DNA of 64,000 nt, from IMG/VR virus record IMGVR_UViG_3300032219_000873; one strand, written 5' to 3'. Positions 17,490 through 28,006 of this stretch are shown piece by piece; positions within the stretch are counted from its first letter, which is position 1; each line of letters starts with the position of its first letter. A program made the position numbers and the translations under genes. Under the pieces are notes generated by a model, which had not been told where the DNA came from, did no database searches, and was given only the letters and a program-made list of their open reading frames with translations. The DNA comes from an uncultured virus (IMG/VR IMGVR_UViG_3300032219_000873). Lineage: Duplodnaviria; Heunggongvirae; Uroviricota; Caudoviricetes.

Positions 17490-18602
17490 ATGGCTTCAGG
17501 TATTACTGGTACTGGTCAGCTAGCGTCCGCGCCAACCGCGTACTCGGGTTCTAACACCCAGCTGTCCCAGGCTATTCAAACCATCTGGTCAAAGGAAATT
17601 CTGTTCCAGGCGATGCCTATTCTTCGCTTTGAGCAGTTTGCTGTCAAGAAGACCGAGCTCGGTGTAGCTCCTGGTCTTCGTGTCAACTTCCTTCGCTACA
17701 AGAACTTCGCAGTGGACCCAACTCCACTTACCGAAGGTGTACGTATGCAGACCAACTCACTAACCGCAGAGCAGATTGCTATTACCGTTGCTGAGCACGG
17801 TTACGCTACTGCTGTTTCGGAGCTGTTGCTAAACGCTTCCTTCGACGACGTAATGGCTTCGGCTTCACGTCTTCTAGGTCGCCACATGGCACAGTACCTA
17901 GACCTACAGGCTCGTAACACCCTGTCTGCAGCTACTTCAGCTGTATTCGGTTACGACCGTTCAGGTATCACTGGTGGCGCATTCACCAACTACGACGAGG
18001 GTAGCAAGGCTACCTCCATCGCTAGCGTTTCCGCTAACCACAAGCTCACCACTGGTGCTATCAAGGATGCAGCTCTTACCCTTGCTGGTAAGAACATCCC
18101 ACGCCTAGGTGAGACCTACGTACAGTTCATCCACCCAAAGCAGTCTCGTGACCTTCGCTCGAACCCAGAGTTCATCGAAGTTACCAAGTACGCTGCTCCA
18201 GGTAACTTCATGCTTGGTGAGATTGGTCGTCTATACGACGTAGTCTTCATTGAGACCACTCAGGTGAAGAAGATTGCCTCGGGTACCGCTGTAAACTACA
18301 GCTCGCTTGTAGGTGCTCCAGAGAACGCAGGAGTTGTTCCTGTAAAGGCAAACACCGCTCCTGGTTCTGGTGGAAACCCAGAGCAGCCAGGCGCAACTGC
18401 CCCAACTGGCACCACTGCAACTGACGTTTACGAGTCCATCATGATTGGTGACAACGCATTTGGTCACGCAATCTCCCTACCAGTTGAGCTCCGTGACGGT
18501 GGTGTTCTAGACTTCGGTCGTGAGCACGCACTAGCATGGTACGCCATCTGGGGTCTAGGTGTTATCACCGACCAGGCTATTGTCAAGGTTTACACCGCGT
18601 AA
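17490..18602 (+). CDS. Major capsid protein, N4-gp56 family
   Basis: PLTEGV, EHGYA, FIHP, GEIGRLYDVVFIET, DFGR motifs; GAAAGGA RBS; biased codon use. Confidence 0.92.
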   Translation: MASGITGTGQLASAPTAYSGSNTQLSQAIQTIWSKEILFQAMPILRFEQFAVKKTELGVAPGLRVNFLRYKNFAVDPTPLTEGVRMQTNSLTAEQIAITVAEHGYATAVSELLLNASFDDVMASASRLLGRHMAQYLDLQARNTLSAATSAVFGYDRSGITGGAFTNYDEGSKATSIASVSANHKLTTGAIKDAALTLAGKNIPRLGETYVQFIHPKQSRDLRSNPEFIEVTKYAAPGNFMLGEIGRLYDVVFIETTQVKKIASGTAVNYSSLVGAPENAGVVPVKANTAPGSGGNPEQPGATAPTGTTATDVYESIMIGDNAFGHAISLPVELRDGGVLDFGREHALAWYAIWGLGVITDQAIVKVYTA

Positions 18603-18614
18603 TAGCTAAAAACC

Positions 18615-18658
18615 TTGGGTGGGGGCGTTGCTTCGGACGGAGCTGTGCCCCCACCCAA
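18615..18658 (+). terminator. Hairpin after major capsid gene (stabiliser or attenuator)
   Basis: TTGGGTGGGGGC...GCCCCCACCCAA; no U tract. Confidence 0.55.
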
Positions 18659-18689
18659 CACAAACATTCAACACTAGGAGAAATACACC

Positions 18690-19064
18690 GTGGCAACACA
18701 AAAGACAAGTCCATTGGACGCAACTGGCAAGGCAGCAGAAGACGCCGCAAAGCGCAACGCAGCCGAGCTACGTAAGAGACAAGACGAGATTTCAATTACT
18801 CGTCAGGCAGAGGCAGACCTACTAGAGACTGCTGTCTTTGACCCAAAGAGACCAGACCAACCACTTCTCATCGACGAAATTGAAGAGGTCGGTGTATCAG
18901 TAAACGGTAACGACATGGTTGTTATCCGTACCATTACTGACATCGAAGACATGACCTATGGAGTCGGAAACTCGTACACCTTCAAGAGTGGTGTTAAGTA
19001 CTCCGTCCCACGAGACCTTGCAGACTACTTAGAGGGTCTCGGCTACATTTGGCGACCTAACTAA
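18690..19064 (+). CDS. Hypothetical head-associated protein
   Basis: AGGAG RBS; directly follows MCP. Confidence 0.8.
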   Translation: MATQKTSPLDATGKAAEDAAKRNAAELRKRQDEISITRQAEADLLETAVFDPKRPDQPLLIDEIEEVGVSVNGNDMVVIRTITDIEDMTYGVGNSYTFKSGVKYSVPRDLADYLEGLGYIWRPN

Positions 19065-19079
19065 ATCGCTTAATAAGCT

Positions 19080-19131
19080 GCCCGCTTCGCTGGTTCCCGC
19101 CCTCCTCCCAGCGGAGCGGGCTTTCTCGTTT
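19080..19131 (+). terminator. Terminator-like hairpin with anti-SD-like loop
   Basis: GCCCGCTTCGCTGG-TTCCCGCCCTCCTC-CCAGCGGAGCGGGC-TTTCTCGTTT. Confidence 0.65.
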
Positions 19132-19189
19132 GCGCTGTATTTATCCTCATAATAAGGGAACATAGAGATAGAAATTTTACGGAGGTTTT

Positions 19190-20245
19190 GTGGCCACTCT
19201 GTCTTCGCTGGTTGAGCGGGTACGCTTTGAGCTTGGCGACCTACCCAAATCATTCGTCACTCAGTTTCAGTCTGACATTTCAACTAACCGCTACCGCTTA
19301 AACTACGCTCCAGTAGACGCTCTTCAAGTCACCGTCTTTAAGAATGGCGTGGACATCTCTGATACCGTAGAGATTGAAGAGCAAACAGGCGTGATGGTTT
19401 TGGAAGAACTGCCTAACTTTGACGATGAATTTACGGTAACTGGTAACTACTACAGGTACTTCACCACTCGTGAGCTAGAGAACATCGTATCTAGCGCCCT
19501 AGAGCAGCACGCAGGCCGTGACACTGACTCACTAGGCCGTAAGATTACCGTAGCTAACTTACCTAGTATCGAAGAGTACCCTGTGTCCTTGTACGCTACT
19601 ACCTTGGCGCTCTACACCTTAGCTACCGACGCTTCGTTCGACATCAACGTTTTCGCCCCAGACGGCGTCACTATCCCTCGTTCTGAGCGTTATCGCCAGC
19701 TTATGGAGATGATTGACTCCCGTAAGGAGCAATACCGTGAGCTGTGTACTCAGCTGGGCATCGGCTTGTACAGCATCGACGTGTTCACCTTCCGTCGAAT
19801 CAGTAAGACTACCAACCGTTACATCCCTGTTTACCGCCCACAGGAAGTGGACGACAGGTCTTACCCTCAGCGTGTGGACTTACCACTGTCTACCTATGGC
19901 GACGCACCTACCGCATGGCCTACAGAGGGCGGCGAGCTAACTGCCTACCAGGGTATCGCTTACTCAGGTACCGTAACCTTCAGCGGTACATTCACAGGCC
20001 AGTCGTTTGTTGCTCGTCTCATAAACCAAAGAGGAAGCAAGTACATTGTTCAGAACTTCGCTCTGACCGTAACTGCCGTAGGCACTGCTCATACCGCCAC
20101 TATTTCTTTAAGCGCAGACCAAACCTCAAGGATTGCTCGGCGCACTTACTGGCAGATAGCGTCTGTTAATGACACTACTGGCGAGATAATTGAGCTAAAG
20201 GGCGGAAACTTCCTAACCGACAGGGTAGGAACAGCGGTACTATGA
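19190..20245 (+). CDS. Probable head-tail adaptor/neck protein
   Basis: LVERVRFELGD N-terminus, position after capsid. Confidence 0.6.
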   Translation: MATLSSLVERVRFELGDLPKSFVTQFQSDISTNRYRLNYAPVDALQVTVFKNGVDISDTVEIEEQTGVMVLEELPNFDDEFTVTGNYYRYFTTRELENIVSSALEQHAGRDTDSLGRKITVANLPSIEEYPVSLYATTLALYTLATDASFDINVFAPDGVTIPRSERYRQLMEMIDSRKEQYRELCTQLGIGLYSIDVFTFRRISKTTNRYIPVYRPQEVDDRSYPQRVDLPLSTYGDAPTAWPTEGGELTAYQGIAYSGTVTFSGTFTGQSFVARLINQRGSKYIVQNFALTVTAVGTAHTATISLSADQTSRIARRTYWQIASVNDTTGEIIELKGGNFLTDRVGTAVL

Positions 20246-20544
20246 GTGGCTTTTACCCCGAGACTAACGTTGACCCCCTGTATCCTGTAGTAGATGTAGA
20301 TTTTCTCCCTGCGGTTCCGCAGAGAGTTAGCTCCAAACAAGTCATACCACTCGTCTCATACACCCACTCTCAGAGCGCAACTTCTTCGCAGTGGGTAGTC
20401 ACGCATAATCTTGGGTTCAAACCAAACGTCACTGTATTCGACAGTGCAGGGGATATTGTGGAAGGCCACATTATCCACAACAGTGTTAACCAACTAACCC
20501 TGCAGTTCTCGGCAACCATGTCGGGCGTTGCTCAACTATCCTAA
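20242..20544 (+). CDS. Virion accessory protein
   Basis: WVVTHNLGFKPNVTVFD motif. Confidence 0.7.
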   Translation: MSGFYPETNVDPLYPVVDVDFLPAVPQRVSSKQVIPLVSYTHSQSATSSQWVVTHNLGFKPNVTVFDSAGDIVEGHIIHNSVNQLTLQFSATMSGVAQLS

Positions 20545-20553
20545 GGAAATTAA

Positions 20554-21960
20554 ATGGCTCGTCAGTTTCTAACTGGGCTCAATCTTAATAAGAATGAGCT
20601 GCTAAACGCCAGAATTCAGAATCTGGCGAATGACCCTTCTAGCCCCGTATTGGGCCAGATTTACTTCAACACCTCTGCTAATGAGATGCGTATCTACAAC
20701 GGCACTGTGTTTGAGGCTGTTGGCCTAAATGGTGTTACTGCAGACGCTGCAGAGATTAACATTCTTGATGGCGCTACCCTCAGCACTACTGAGCTTAACT
20801 ACGTTGACGGCGTTACCTCTGGTATTCAGGGACAGTTGGATGCTAAGGCTCCAATTAACAATCCTGTGTTTACTGGAACCGTAAGCCTAGTAACCGACCT
20901 AGTATTTGAGGGCGCTACCGCTAATGCCTTTGAGACCACGGTAACTGCTACTGACCCAACTGCAGACCGTACTATCACCCTGCCAGACGCTACTGGTACC
21001 GTAATCCTCAGCACTAACACTGTAAACTCGCTAACTGCTCCATCTGCTTCGTTCTCTATGAACAGCCAGAAGATTACAAGCCTAGCTACTCCTACTGCTG
21101 ACACAGACGCTGCAACTAAGGCATATGTTGATGCTGTAGCTGAAGGACTTCACGTTCACGAATCAGTTAGAGTTGCTACAGATGCAAACGTTTCACTAGC
21201 AAATGCTCTTGAAAATGGAGACACCCTTAGCGGAGTAACTCTTGCAACTGGTGACCGCGTTCTTGTAAAGAACCAGACAACTACCTCAGAAAACGGTATC
21301 TATGTAGTTCAGGCTTCAGGGCAAGCAGTACGCGCACTGGACTTTAACACTGCAGCAGAGGTAGATAGCGGAGACTTTGTTTTCGTAACCTCTGGAACCT
21401 ACGCTAACACTGGTTGGGTACAGACAAGCCGTCCAGCAACAATCGGCACTGACCCAATCACCTTCGTACAGTTCTCTGGTGCTGGCACCTTCACTGCAGG
21501 TAATGGTCTAACCATAAACGGCAGCGAGTTTAACGTAGTTGGCACAGCTGACCGCATCACTGTAAACGCTGACTCTGTCGACATTGCTTCTACTTACGTA
21601 GGTCAGTCCTCCATTACCACCCTTGGAACTATTGCCACTGGTGTATGGAACGGTACTGACATTGCTGTTGCTGACGGTGGTACTGGTGCCTCTAACGCTG
21701 CAGGTGCAAAGACCAACCTAGGGTTCATGACCCGTGTTGCTGCTAACAACACCCTGCTAGTTCCTTCTTCTGGCATCGTTACTTGGGCTGTAACTCACAG
21801 CCTAGGTACTAAGGACATAACCGTACAAATTTACGACCTTGCTAACGATACTGATGTTGAGGTAGACGTAGTTCGTACTTCCACCTCAGTTGTTACCCTG
21901 TCATGGGTAGCAAGTGCTAACGTAGCAGCAGACAGTTACCGAGTAGTAATCGTCGGCTAA
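20554..21960 (+). CDS. Fibre/decoration structural protein
   Basis: DAATKAYVD, GDRVLVKNQT..ENGIY, GGTGA motifs of phage fibre proteins. Confidence 0.75.
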   Translation: MARQFLTGLNLNKNELLNARIQNLANDPSSPVLGQIYFNTSANEMRIYNGTVFEAVGLNGVTADAAEINILDGATLSTTELNYVDGVTSGIQGQLDAKAPINNPVFTGTVSLVTDLVFEGATANAFETTVTATDPTADRTITLPDATGTVILSTNTVNSLTAPSASFSMNSQKITSLATPTADTDAATKAYVDAVAEGLHVHESVRVATDANVSLANALENGDTLSGVTLATGDRVLVKNQTTTSENGIYVVQASGQAVRALDFNTAAEVDSGDFVFVTSGTYANTGWVQTSRPATIGTDPITFVQFSGAGTFTAGNGLTINGSEFNVVGTADRITVNADSVDIASTYVGQSSITTLGTIATGVWNGTDIAVADGGTGASNAAGAKTNLGFMTRVAANNTLLVPSSGIVTWAVTHSLGTKDITVQIYDLANDTDVEVDVVRTSTSVVTLSWVASANVAADSYRVVIVG

Positions 21961-21979
21961 TCCCCCTTAGGACATAGTC

Positions 21980-23887
21980 TTGCCAAAAAGATTCCTCACA
22001 CCGCCCCAACTCCCCAGTGGAACTAACCTTCCATCTGCGGGAGCGGCTGGTGCGCTCTTTTTTAAAGCTGACGAGAATAAGCTCTATGTTCACGACGGAA
22101 CTAGCTGGGTTGTTTCTCAAGGTCCTACGGGTCCGACTGGTGCAACTGGCCCAACAGGTGCCGCGTCAACTGTCACTGGCCCTACTGGTGCTACTGGAGC
22201 CGCTGGCTCACAAGGTGTACAAGGAGATACGGGACCAACAGGGGCTACTGGCGCTCAGGGAACCACTGGAGCAACGGGCCCTACTGGGCCTATAGGCCCT
22301 CAGGGTGACACTGGACCACAGGGTGGCCAAGGCGTTCAAGGTAACGCTGGAGCGACTGGCGCTACAGGAGCTACAGGACCTACTGGCGCTACGGGCCCTA
22401 CTGGAGCTAAAGGAGACGCTGGTAACAACGGTGCCACTGGTGCTACAGGACCTACTGGTCCAGCTGGTTCCAACGGAACTATTGGTGTTGATGGTGCAAC
22501 TGGCCCCACTGGACCAACGGGTGCACAAGGGCCTGAAGGACCTCAGGGTGTTCAGGGAAACGTAGGAGCAACTGGCGCTACAGGTCCAACAGGTGCGACT
22601 GGTACTCAGGGACCTACTGGACCAACAGGTGTGCAGGGCCAAACAGGACCAACAGGTGCTCAAGGTATTCAGGGACCAACTGGACCTCAAGGTGCGTCTG
22701 GCGATAGCTCAACTCACTACCACTACAACGCTCGAACTAACACCACAAGCGGTGACCCAACAACAAACCAGCTCGGTTGGAATAACGCGACTCAAATTAG
22801 TTCAACGGCTCTTCGAGTAAATCACATAGACGCAGATTCACAAGATGACAGCATTTTTCTTCATCTGATTAACCAGTACGACAACCTTATTATTCAAGAC
22901 AAAAACAATGCGGCTAATTTTCAAACTTGGGAAGTGTCAGGAACACCAACACTAAACGCAACTTGGGACGAGTTCCCAGTGACTCTAGTTAATTCATCGG
23001 GTACTGGCACAACAAACTTCCCTAGCAATCATCCTTTACTTCTTATCATCGTTTCCGTTGGAAATGTTGGACCTATAGGACCCACTGGTGCCACGGGTGG
23101 AGTTGGTCCAACTGGTCCTACTGGTTCTGTTGGCCCCACAGGACCAACTGGTGCAGCTTCGACAGTTACAGGCCCTACAGGTGCTCAAGGTCCAACAGGG
23201 CCTACAGGAGCTCAGGGCCCTGAGGGTGCTCAAGGTGTACAAGGTAGCGTTGGTGCTACAGGCCCAACTGGTGCAGCATCCACTGTTGTCGGACCTACTG
23301 GCCCTACAGGAGCAACTGGTGCGGCGTCAACAGTTACTGGGCCTACAGGTCCTACTGGTGCTACTGGCGCAGCCTCAACCGTTACAGGACCTACTGGTCC
23401 TACGGGTGCTAACGGAACGCAAGGACCCACTGGACCAACGGGTGCACAAGGCTCTCAAGGTTCGCAGGGAATTCAAGGCCCAACAGGTGCTACAGGAGCA
23501 ACTGGTGCAACTGGTGCCACGGGTCCAGGTATTGCTGGAGTAACGGCGACCGCCACTGAACTTAATTATTCCGTTGGTGTTACTTCTGCGATTCAGACTC
23601 AGCTGAACGGTAAGCTTTCTGCAACAATCACAAGCCCTGCTACTGGTCAGACTATCCAGTACAATGGAACCGCTTGGGTAAATGCAGTTGCTGGTAGCAC
23701 CACCACTGTTTCAGAGAATGCACCATCCACTCCATCTACGGGTGACACTTGGTTTAAGTCTTCTACTGGTCAGCACTTCATCTATTATGATTCTTACTGG
23801 GTAGAACTCGGAGTAGGTCCTGCGGGACCTGCAGGTGCTGCAGGTGCCGATGGAGATGCCGCTTACCACCCATTCTTAATAGGATAA
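21980..23887 (+). CDS. Collagen-like (Gly-X-Y) fibre protein
   Basis: Two long GPT/GAT/GPQ triplet runs flanking a globular domain. Confidence 0.9.
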   Translation: MPKRFLTPPQLPSGTNLPSAGAAGALFFKADENKLYVHDGTSWVVSQGPTGPTGATGPTGAASTVTGPTGATGAAGSQGVQGDTGPTGATGAQGTTGATGPTGPIGPQGDTGPQGGQGVQGNAGATGATGATGPTGATGPTGAKGDAGNNGATGATGPTGPAGSNGTIGVDGATGPTGPTGAQGPEGPQGVQGNVGATGATGPTGATGTQGPTGPTGVQGQTGPTGAQGIQGPTGPQGASGDSSTHYHYNARTNTTSGDPTTNQLGWNNATQISSTALRVNHIDADSQDDSIFLHLINQYDNLIIQDKNNAANFQTWEVSGTPTLNATWDEFPVTLVNSSGTGTTNFPSNHPLLLIIVSVGNVGPIGPTGATGGVGPTGPTGSVGPTGPTGAASTVTGPTGAQGPTGPTGAQGPEGAQGVQGSVGATGPTGAASTVVGPTGPTGATGAASTVTGPTGPTGATGAASTVTGPTGPTGANGTQGPTGPTGAQGSQGSQGIQGPTGATGATGATGATGPGIAGVTATATELNYSVGVTSAIQTQLNGKLSATITSPATGQTIQYNGTAWVNAVAGSTTTVSENAPSTPSTGDTWFKSSTGQHFIYYDSYWVELGVGPAGPAGAAGADGDAAYHPFLIG

Positions 23888-23897
23888 AGGAATAACA

Positions 23898-24233
23898 ATG
23901 CCATTTGGATACAAGGTTCTAGGGCAGGTAGCCCCTGCAAACACAAGCATTGCTAATGCTTACACGGTGCCAGCTGGAAAAACGGCAATTGTGTCTAACA
24001 TTGCGGTAGCCAACGTCACAGGAACTGCTGCAGTATATGAAGTTTATGTACGAATCAACGGGGCGGCTTCAGCAGCTTCGAATGCTTTGGTTTTTGATGC
24101 AAGCGCAGCGGCTAACAGCACCACGATGATTCAGGGAAACATCACCCTTTCAGCTGGTGACATTATCAGCGTGCAAACAGGTACTTCAAACGCAATTACC
24201 TTTCACGTCTTTGGAACTGAGGTGACTGACTAA
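23898..24233 (+). CDS. Small beta-rich virion adaptor (paralog of 26772..27101)
   Basis: YKVLGQVAP...YTVP...FGTE. Confidence 0.75.
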   Translation: MPFGYKVLGQVAPANTSIANAYTVPAGKTAIVSNIAVANVTGTAAVYEVYVRINGAASAASNALVFDASAAANSTTMIQGNITLSAGDIISVQTGTSNAITFHVFGTEVTD

Positions 24234-24553
24234 TGGGCATCAGTGTTATTGGCGGAGCGACAGCCTCATCTTCCCCTATAAAAAGCATTCAGCGTGGCGT
24301 AACTACCAGCGCTACCACTGTAACCATTTCAGCGGTAAATACGGCAAAAAGCTTTGTCACTTCGTTTAGCAATGCCAGCACTGGAAATGTTAGCGGCTCA
24401 AACTCAAACACCCCGAGCGGAAACGCAGGCTACACTTCTAGCGTAAATTTTGGAACAGACTGGGCCGCTAAAGCTTTTGGGGCTTACCTTTCTAGCAGCA
24501 CTCAGTTAGTGACTACAGGGGCAGTAAGATGGGAGGTCATCGAATACGTATGA
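24233..24553 (+). CDS. Small structural protein
   Basis: IKSIQRG...VTISAVNTAKS...WEVIEY. Confidence 0.7.
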   Translation: MGISVIGGATASSSPIKSIQRGVTTSATTVTISAVNTAKSFVTSFSNASTGNVSGSNSNTPSGNAGYTSSVNFGTDWAAKAFGAYLSSSTQLVTTGAVRWEVIEYV

Positions 24554-24882
24554 GTAGATTTTTTTATGCAAAGTTTAAAAATGGCCTTGCAGTTGAAGGT
24601 ATAGAAACTTTTTCAGAAATAATTTCACCTGATTTAATTCGGGTTAATTCTTTACCTGAAGGTTTTTTGTTTAAAAGGTATGAAAACGCAGCTTGGGTAG
24701 AAGTTCCTAGTCAGAAAATTGCACAAATAGATTTCGAAGGTAAAGTAACCTACACCACTAGAACTTTTTTTCCAGAAGACTTTTCTAGTGACTACGTAAT
24801 TGCTGAAGAAGCAGTTGAGGTTGGATGGACTTTTATAAATGGCACTTGGCTAGAACCAGAGGTGACTGATGGCAGCGATTGA
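24550..24882 (+). CDS. Hypothetical protein, AT-rich (fibre-assembly-like)
   Basis: ATGA coupling; VEVGWTFINGTWLEP. Confidence 0.65.
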   Translation: MSRFFYAKFKNGLAVEGIETFSEIISPDLIRVNSLPEGFLFKRYENAAWVEVPSQKIAQIDFEGKVTYTTRTFFPEDFSSDYVIAEEAVEVGWTFINGTWLEPEVTDGSD

Positions 24883-25237
24883 TTTTCCTAATAGCCCGAC
24901 TACAGGTCAGACCGTAGTTGTAGGTCAGCGAACTTGGTCATGGAGTGGGTCCGTATGGGAGAGCGATAATGACCGTGCGTTTGTCCGCACAGTGTCCGTC
25001 AGCGCTCCGTCGGCCCCTGTTGTAGGAGACGAGTGGTTTAACTCTGAAACAGGCCGTCTTTATACTTATTATGATTCTTATTGGATAGAAATCGGAACGT
25101 CTGTTTCTGGGCAAGACGGTCTTTCCGCCTATGAGGTGGCTGTAGCCGACGGGTTTGTAGGAACAGAAGAAGAATGGCTAGCAACGCTAGTCCCAACAGG
25201 AAAAGCCATCGCCATGGCTCTAGTCTTTGGAGGATAA
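24869..25237 (+). CDS. Fibre anchor-like protein
   Basis: [19 protein letters not shown]...YYDSYW; GLSAYEVAV..GF.GTEEEWL. Confidence 0.75.
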   Translation: MAAIDFPNSPTTGQTVVVGQRTWSWSGSVWESDNDRAFVRTVSVSAPSAPVVGDEWFNSETGRLYTYYDSYWIEIGTSVSGQDGLSAYEVAVADGFVGTEEEWLATLVPTGKAIAMALVFGG

Positions 25238-25597
25238 ATGGCCGCCCCAAACATTGTCAATGTAACCAGCATCTACGGCAGAACTGTTCACGTTAACCTA
25301 ACCACGTCATCGCAGTCCATTGTCTCAAACTCTGCTAGCAGTAATAAGGTGTTTAAGATTAACACCATCATTGTGGCTAACGTAGACGGCACCGCAGCTG
25401 CTGATGTAACAGTTAACTACAGCAATGCGGGCACAACCTTTGCGCTCGCCAGCACTATCTCTGTGCCTGCTGACTCTACTTTAGTTATTCTAGACAAGGC
25501 CAGCTCAATTTACCTAGAAGAAAATGACGCTATCGCAGCACTTGCTTCAGCTAACGGAGACTTAGTTATTCACATTTCTTATGAGGAGATTGCTTAG
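25238..25597 (+). CDS. Small beta-rich virion adaptor
   Basis: MAAPNIVNVTSIYG...IYLEE...SYEEI. Confidence 0.75.
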   Translation: MAAPNIVNVTSIYGRTVHVNLTTSSQSIVSNSASSNKVFKINTIIVANVDGTAAADVTVNYSNAGTTFALASTISVPADSTLVILDKASSIYLEENDAIAALASANGDLVIHISYEEIA

Positions 25598-26469
25598 TGC
25601 CAAGAAATGCTGGAAGAATAGGCCCGACCGCTACCAGAGCTGGTGGCGGTATTTGGGCTTTGAACCAGCAGTATCAACAAGTTAGAGATGGAACATGGTA
25701 TCCCCCCGTAGTAACAGGGGGGACGCTTACTTCAGACGCAACTTACTACTACCGCACATTTACTGGCAATGGCACCTTAGAAATTTCTGGAAGTGCCGTG
25801 ACTATGGACTACTTAGTAGTTGCTGGTGGTGGCGCAGGAGGGCACAGTAACGTTGATAGTCGACAGTCTTCAGGAGGTGGTGCTGGTGGGTTGCTCCAAG
25901 GCACCCTCCTCAATTTAGCGGCTGGGTCTTACCCTGTAGTCATTGGAGCAGGAGGAACTGCTCCAGCAACCGATGGAAACAATACCACCGCTTTTACCCT
26001 AACCGCTTTAAAGGGAGGTAAGGGCGGCGGTGGCGGCGGAGGTAACGGTGGCGGCGGTAGTGGCGCTTACGGCTCAGGTGGAGGTCAGGGAGGTTCGGGC
26101 GACAACATACCAACGGCTAATAACGCCCAAGGAACTTCAGGACAAGGATTTGCTGGTGGTTCTGCTACTTTTGGTTCTGGCGACGCTGCTGGTGGTGGTG
26201 GTGGAGCTGGTGGAGCTGGTGGAAACGCTTCGGGTACTACCGCTGGAACTGGTGGTGCTGGAGTAACTTCGACTATCAGTGGCGCAAGCGTAGGGTATGC
26301 AGGCGGCGGCGGTAACAACAGCGACTTAGGTTTCGGTGGTGGATTTAATGGGTCTGACCCTAACCGAGCGGGTATGGCTAACCGTGGTGGTGGTGGAAAG
26401 GGTACTACAGGAGCTGGTGGTTCTGGAGTGGTCATTGTGAGATATCTTAGAAGCATAGTAGGTGGATAA
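25597..26469 (+). CDS. Glycine-rich fibre/receptor-binding protein
   Basis: YLVVAGGG...[10 protein letters not shown]. Confidence 0.8.
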   Translation: MPRNAGRIGPTATRAGGGIWALNQQYQQVRDGTWYPPVVTGGTLTSDATYYYRTFTGNGTLEISGSAVTMDYLVVAGGGAGGHSNVDSRQSSGGGAGGLLQGTLLNLAAGSYPVVIGAGGTAPATDGNNTTAFTLTALKGGKGGGGGGGNGGGGSGAYGSGGGQGGSGDNIPTANNAQGTSGQGFAGGSATFGSGDAAGGGGGAGGAGGNASGTTAGTGGAGVTSTISGASVGYAGGGGNNSDLGFGGGFNGSDPNRAGMANRGGGGKGTTGAGGSGVVIVRYLRSIVGG

Positions 26470-26771
26470 TGGCAGCATTAGATTTCCCAAATTCCCCGAC
26501 GACAAACCAAGTATTTGTCTCAGGTGATGGTCGCTCATGGACATGGACAGGGTCTACTTGGAATGCTGTTCTTGTAGTGTCGCCTACTGGTCCAACTGGA
26601 CCGACTGGAGCAGCCTCAACGGTTACAGGGCCTACTGGTCCTACGGGTCCTGCTGGCACTACAGGTGCTACTGGCCCAACTGGTGCGGCGTCCACCGTTA
26701 CTGGCCCAACTGGTGCTGCAGGTGCCGCTGGTGAAGCAAGCTTTAACTCATTCTTACTATTAGGAGCGTAA
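26469..26771 (+). CDS. Short collagen-like anchor protein
   Basis: [16 protein letters not shown] repeats; FNSFLLLGA. Confidence 0.8.
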   Translation: MAALDFPNSPTTNQVFVSGDGRSWTWTGSTWNAVLVVSPTGPTGPTGAASTVTGPTGPTGPAGTTGATGPTGAASTVTGPTGAAGAAGEASFNSFLLLGA

Positions 26772-27101
26772 ATGCCAACCGTATACAAAGTACTAGCTCA
26801 GTCAGCGCCTAGCGCAACAACCGCAACAGACATCTACACTGTGCCCAGCTCTACTCAGACTGTAATCAGCACCATAGTAGTTGCTAACCGTGCAGCAAGC
26901 GACGCTACTTATCGTATTGCGGTGCGACCAAACGCAGCAACTCTAGCAAACCAACACTACGTTGCATACGATGTGACCGTAGGAGCTTCGGACTCTACCA
27001 ACCTTACTTTAGGAATCACTGTAGACGCTGCTGACGTAATTACGGTGTACGCATCTACTGCCAACTTGAGCTTTAACATCTTCGGAACCGAAATCTCCTA
27101 A
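26772..27101 (+). CDS. Small beta-rich virion adaptor
   Basis: YKVLAQSAP...YTVP...FGTEI. Confidence 0.75.
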   Translation: MPTVYKVLAQSAPSATTATDIYTVPSSTQTVISTIVVANRAASDATYRIAVRPNAATLANQHYVAYDVTVGASDSTNLTLGITVDAADVITVYASTANLSFNIFGTEIS

Positions 27102-27109
27102 GGATTCTC

Positions 27110-28006
27110 ATGGCGGCAACGTCTTTAAAAAAATCAGGTATTAAAACCTTCTTAAAGGGCTCCAGTATGCTGGTAGGTAACGCCGCATACAACCCCCTTC
27201 CAATTGTCACGGGTGGAACACTGGCTTCTGACGCTACCTACTCTTATCGGACGTTTACATCTAATGGCACATTAACCGTTAGCAATGGAACCGTGACTAT
27301 GGACATTCTTGTAGTAGGTGGCGGAGGAGCTTCGGGCCAGTGGTACGGTGGCGGCGGCGGTGCGGGTGGTCTTCTTGGGTTTAATAGCCAGTCTTTGTCG
27401 GGTGCGTACGCAGTTACTGTAGGAGCTGGTGGTACTGGTGTTCGTGGTAGCGGGTATGGTGCAGGGCGAGGCGCAAGCGGTGTTAACTCTCAGTTTGGCT
27501 CATTAACCGTTGCTCTTGGTGGTAGTGGTGGCTCCTCTACAGGAGGAGCTGGTGCTTTAACGGGTGGTTCTGGTGGTGGTGGTGGCTATGCGTCCAGTGC
27601 GGGTGCAGGAACTGCGGGCCAAGGTAACGACGGTGCTGGAACTGGTTACCCTGCCTATGGTGGCGGTGGTGGTGGCGGTGCTGGAGCGGCTGGTGGCGCA
27701 CTAACTTACGACGGCACAGTACGTGGTGGCTCTGGCGGTAATGGCTCGTCTGCATACTCGACTTGGGGAGCGGCTACTACCACTGGCGAAAATGTATCTG
27801 GAACCTATTGGTATGCTGGTGGAGGTCAAGGTCAAGGTCAAGGAGACACTACACAGCGCGGCGGAAATGGTGGTGGCGGAAACATCGGCAGTGGCGAAGG
27901 CGAGGACGCAATGCAAAGCACAGGCGGTGGTGGCGGTGGTGGCTTCGGCTTCTCTGGTGGCTCTGGAATTGTTATTGTTCGTTATCTAAAGACGGCGGCG
28001 AACTAA
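27110..28006 (+). CDS. Glycine-rich fibre protein
   Basis: VTGGTLASDATYSYRTFT...GGSGIVIVRY. Confidence 0.8.
   Translation: MAATSLKKSGIKTFLKGSSMLVGNAAYNPLPIVTGGTLASDATYSYRTFTSNGTLTVSNGTVTMDILVVGGGGASGQWYGGGGGAGGLLGFNSQSLSGAYAVTVGAGGTGVRGSGYGAGRGASGVNSQFGSLTVALGGSGGSSTGGAGALTGGSGGGGGYASSAGAGTAGQGNDGAGTGYPAYGGGGGGGAGAAGGALTYDGTVRGGSGGNGSSAYSTWGAATTTGENVSGTYWYAGGGQGQGQGDTTQRGGNGGGGNIGSGEGEDAMQSTGGGGGGGFGFSGGSGIVIVRYLKTAAN

Noticed and set aside
27763..28005. N-terminal extension of the 832 aa ORF
   Set aside because: W/R-rich off-frame reading of the upstream Gly-rich gene; the real start is the coupled ATG at 28006.
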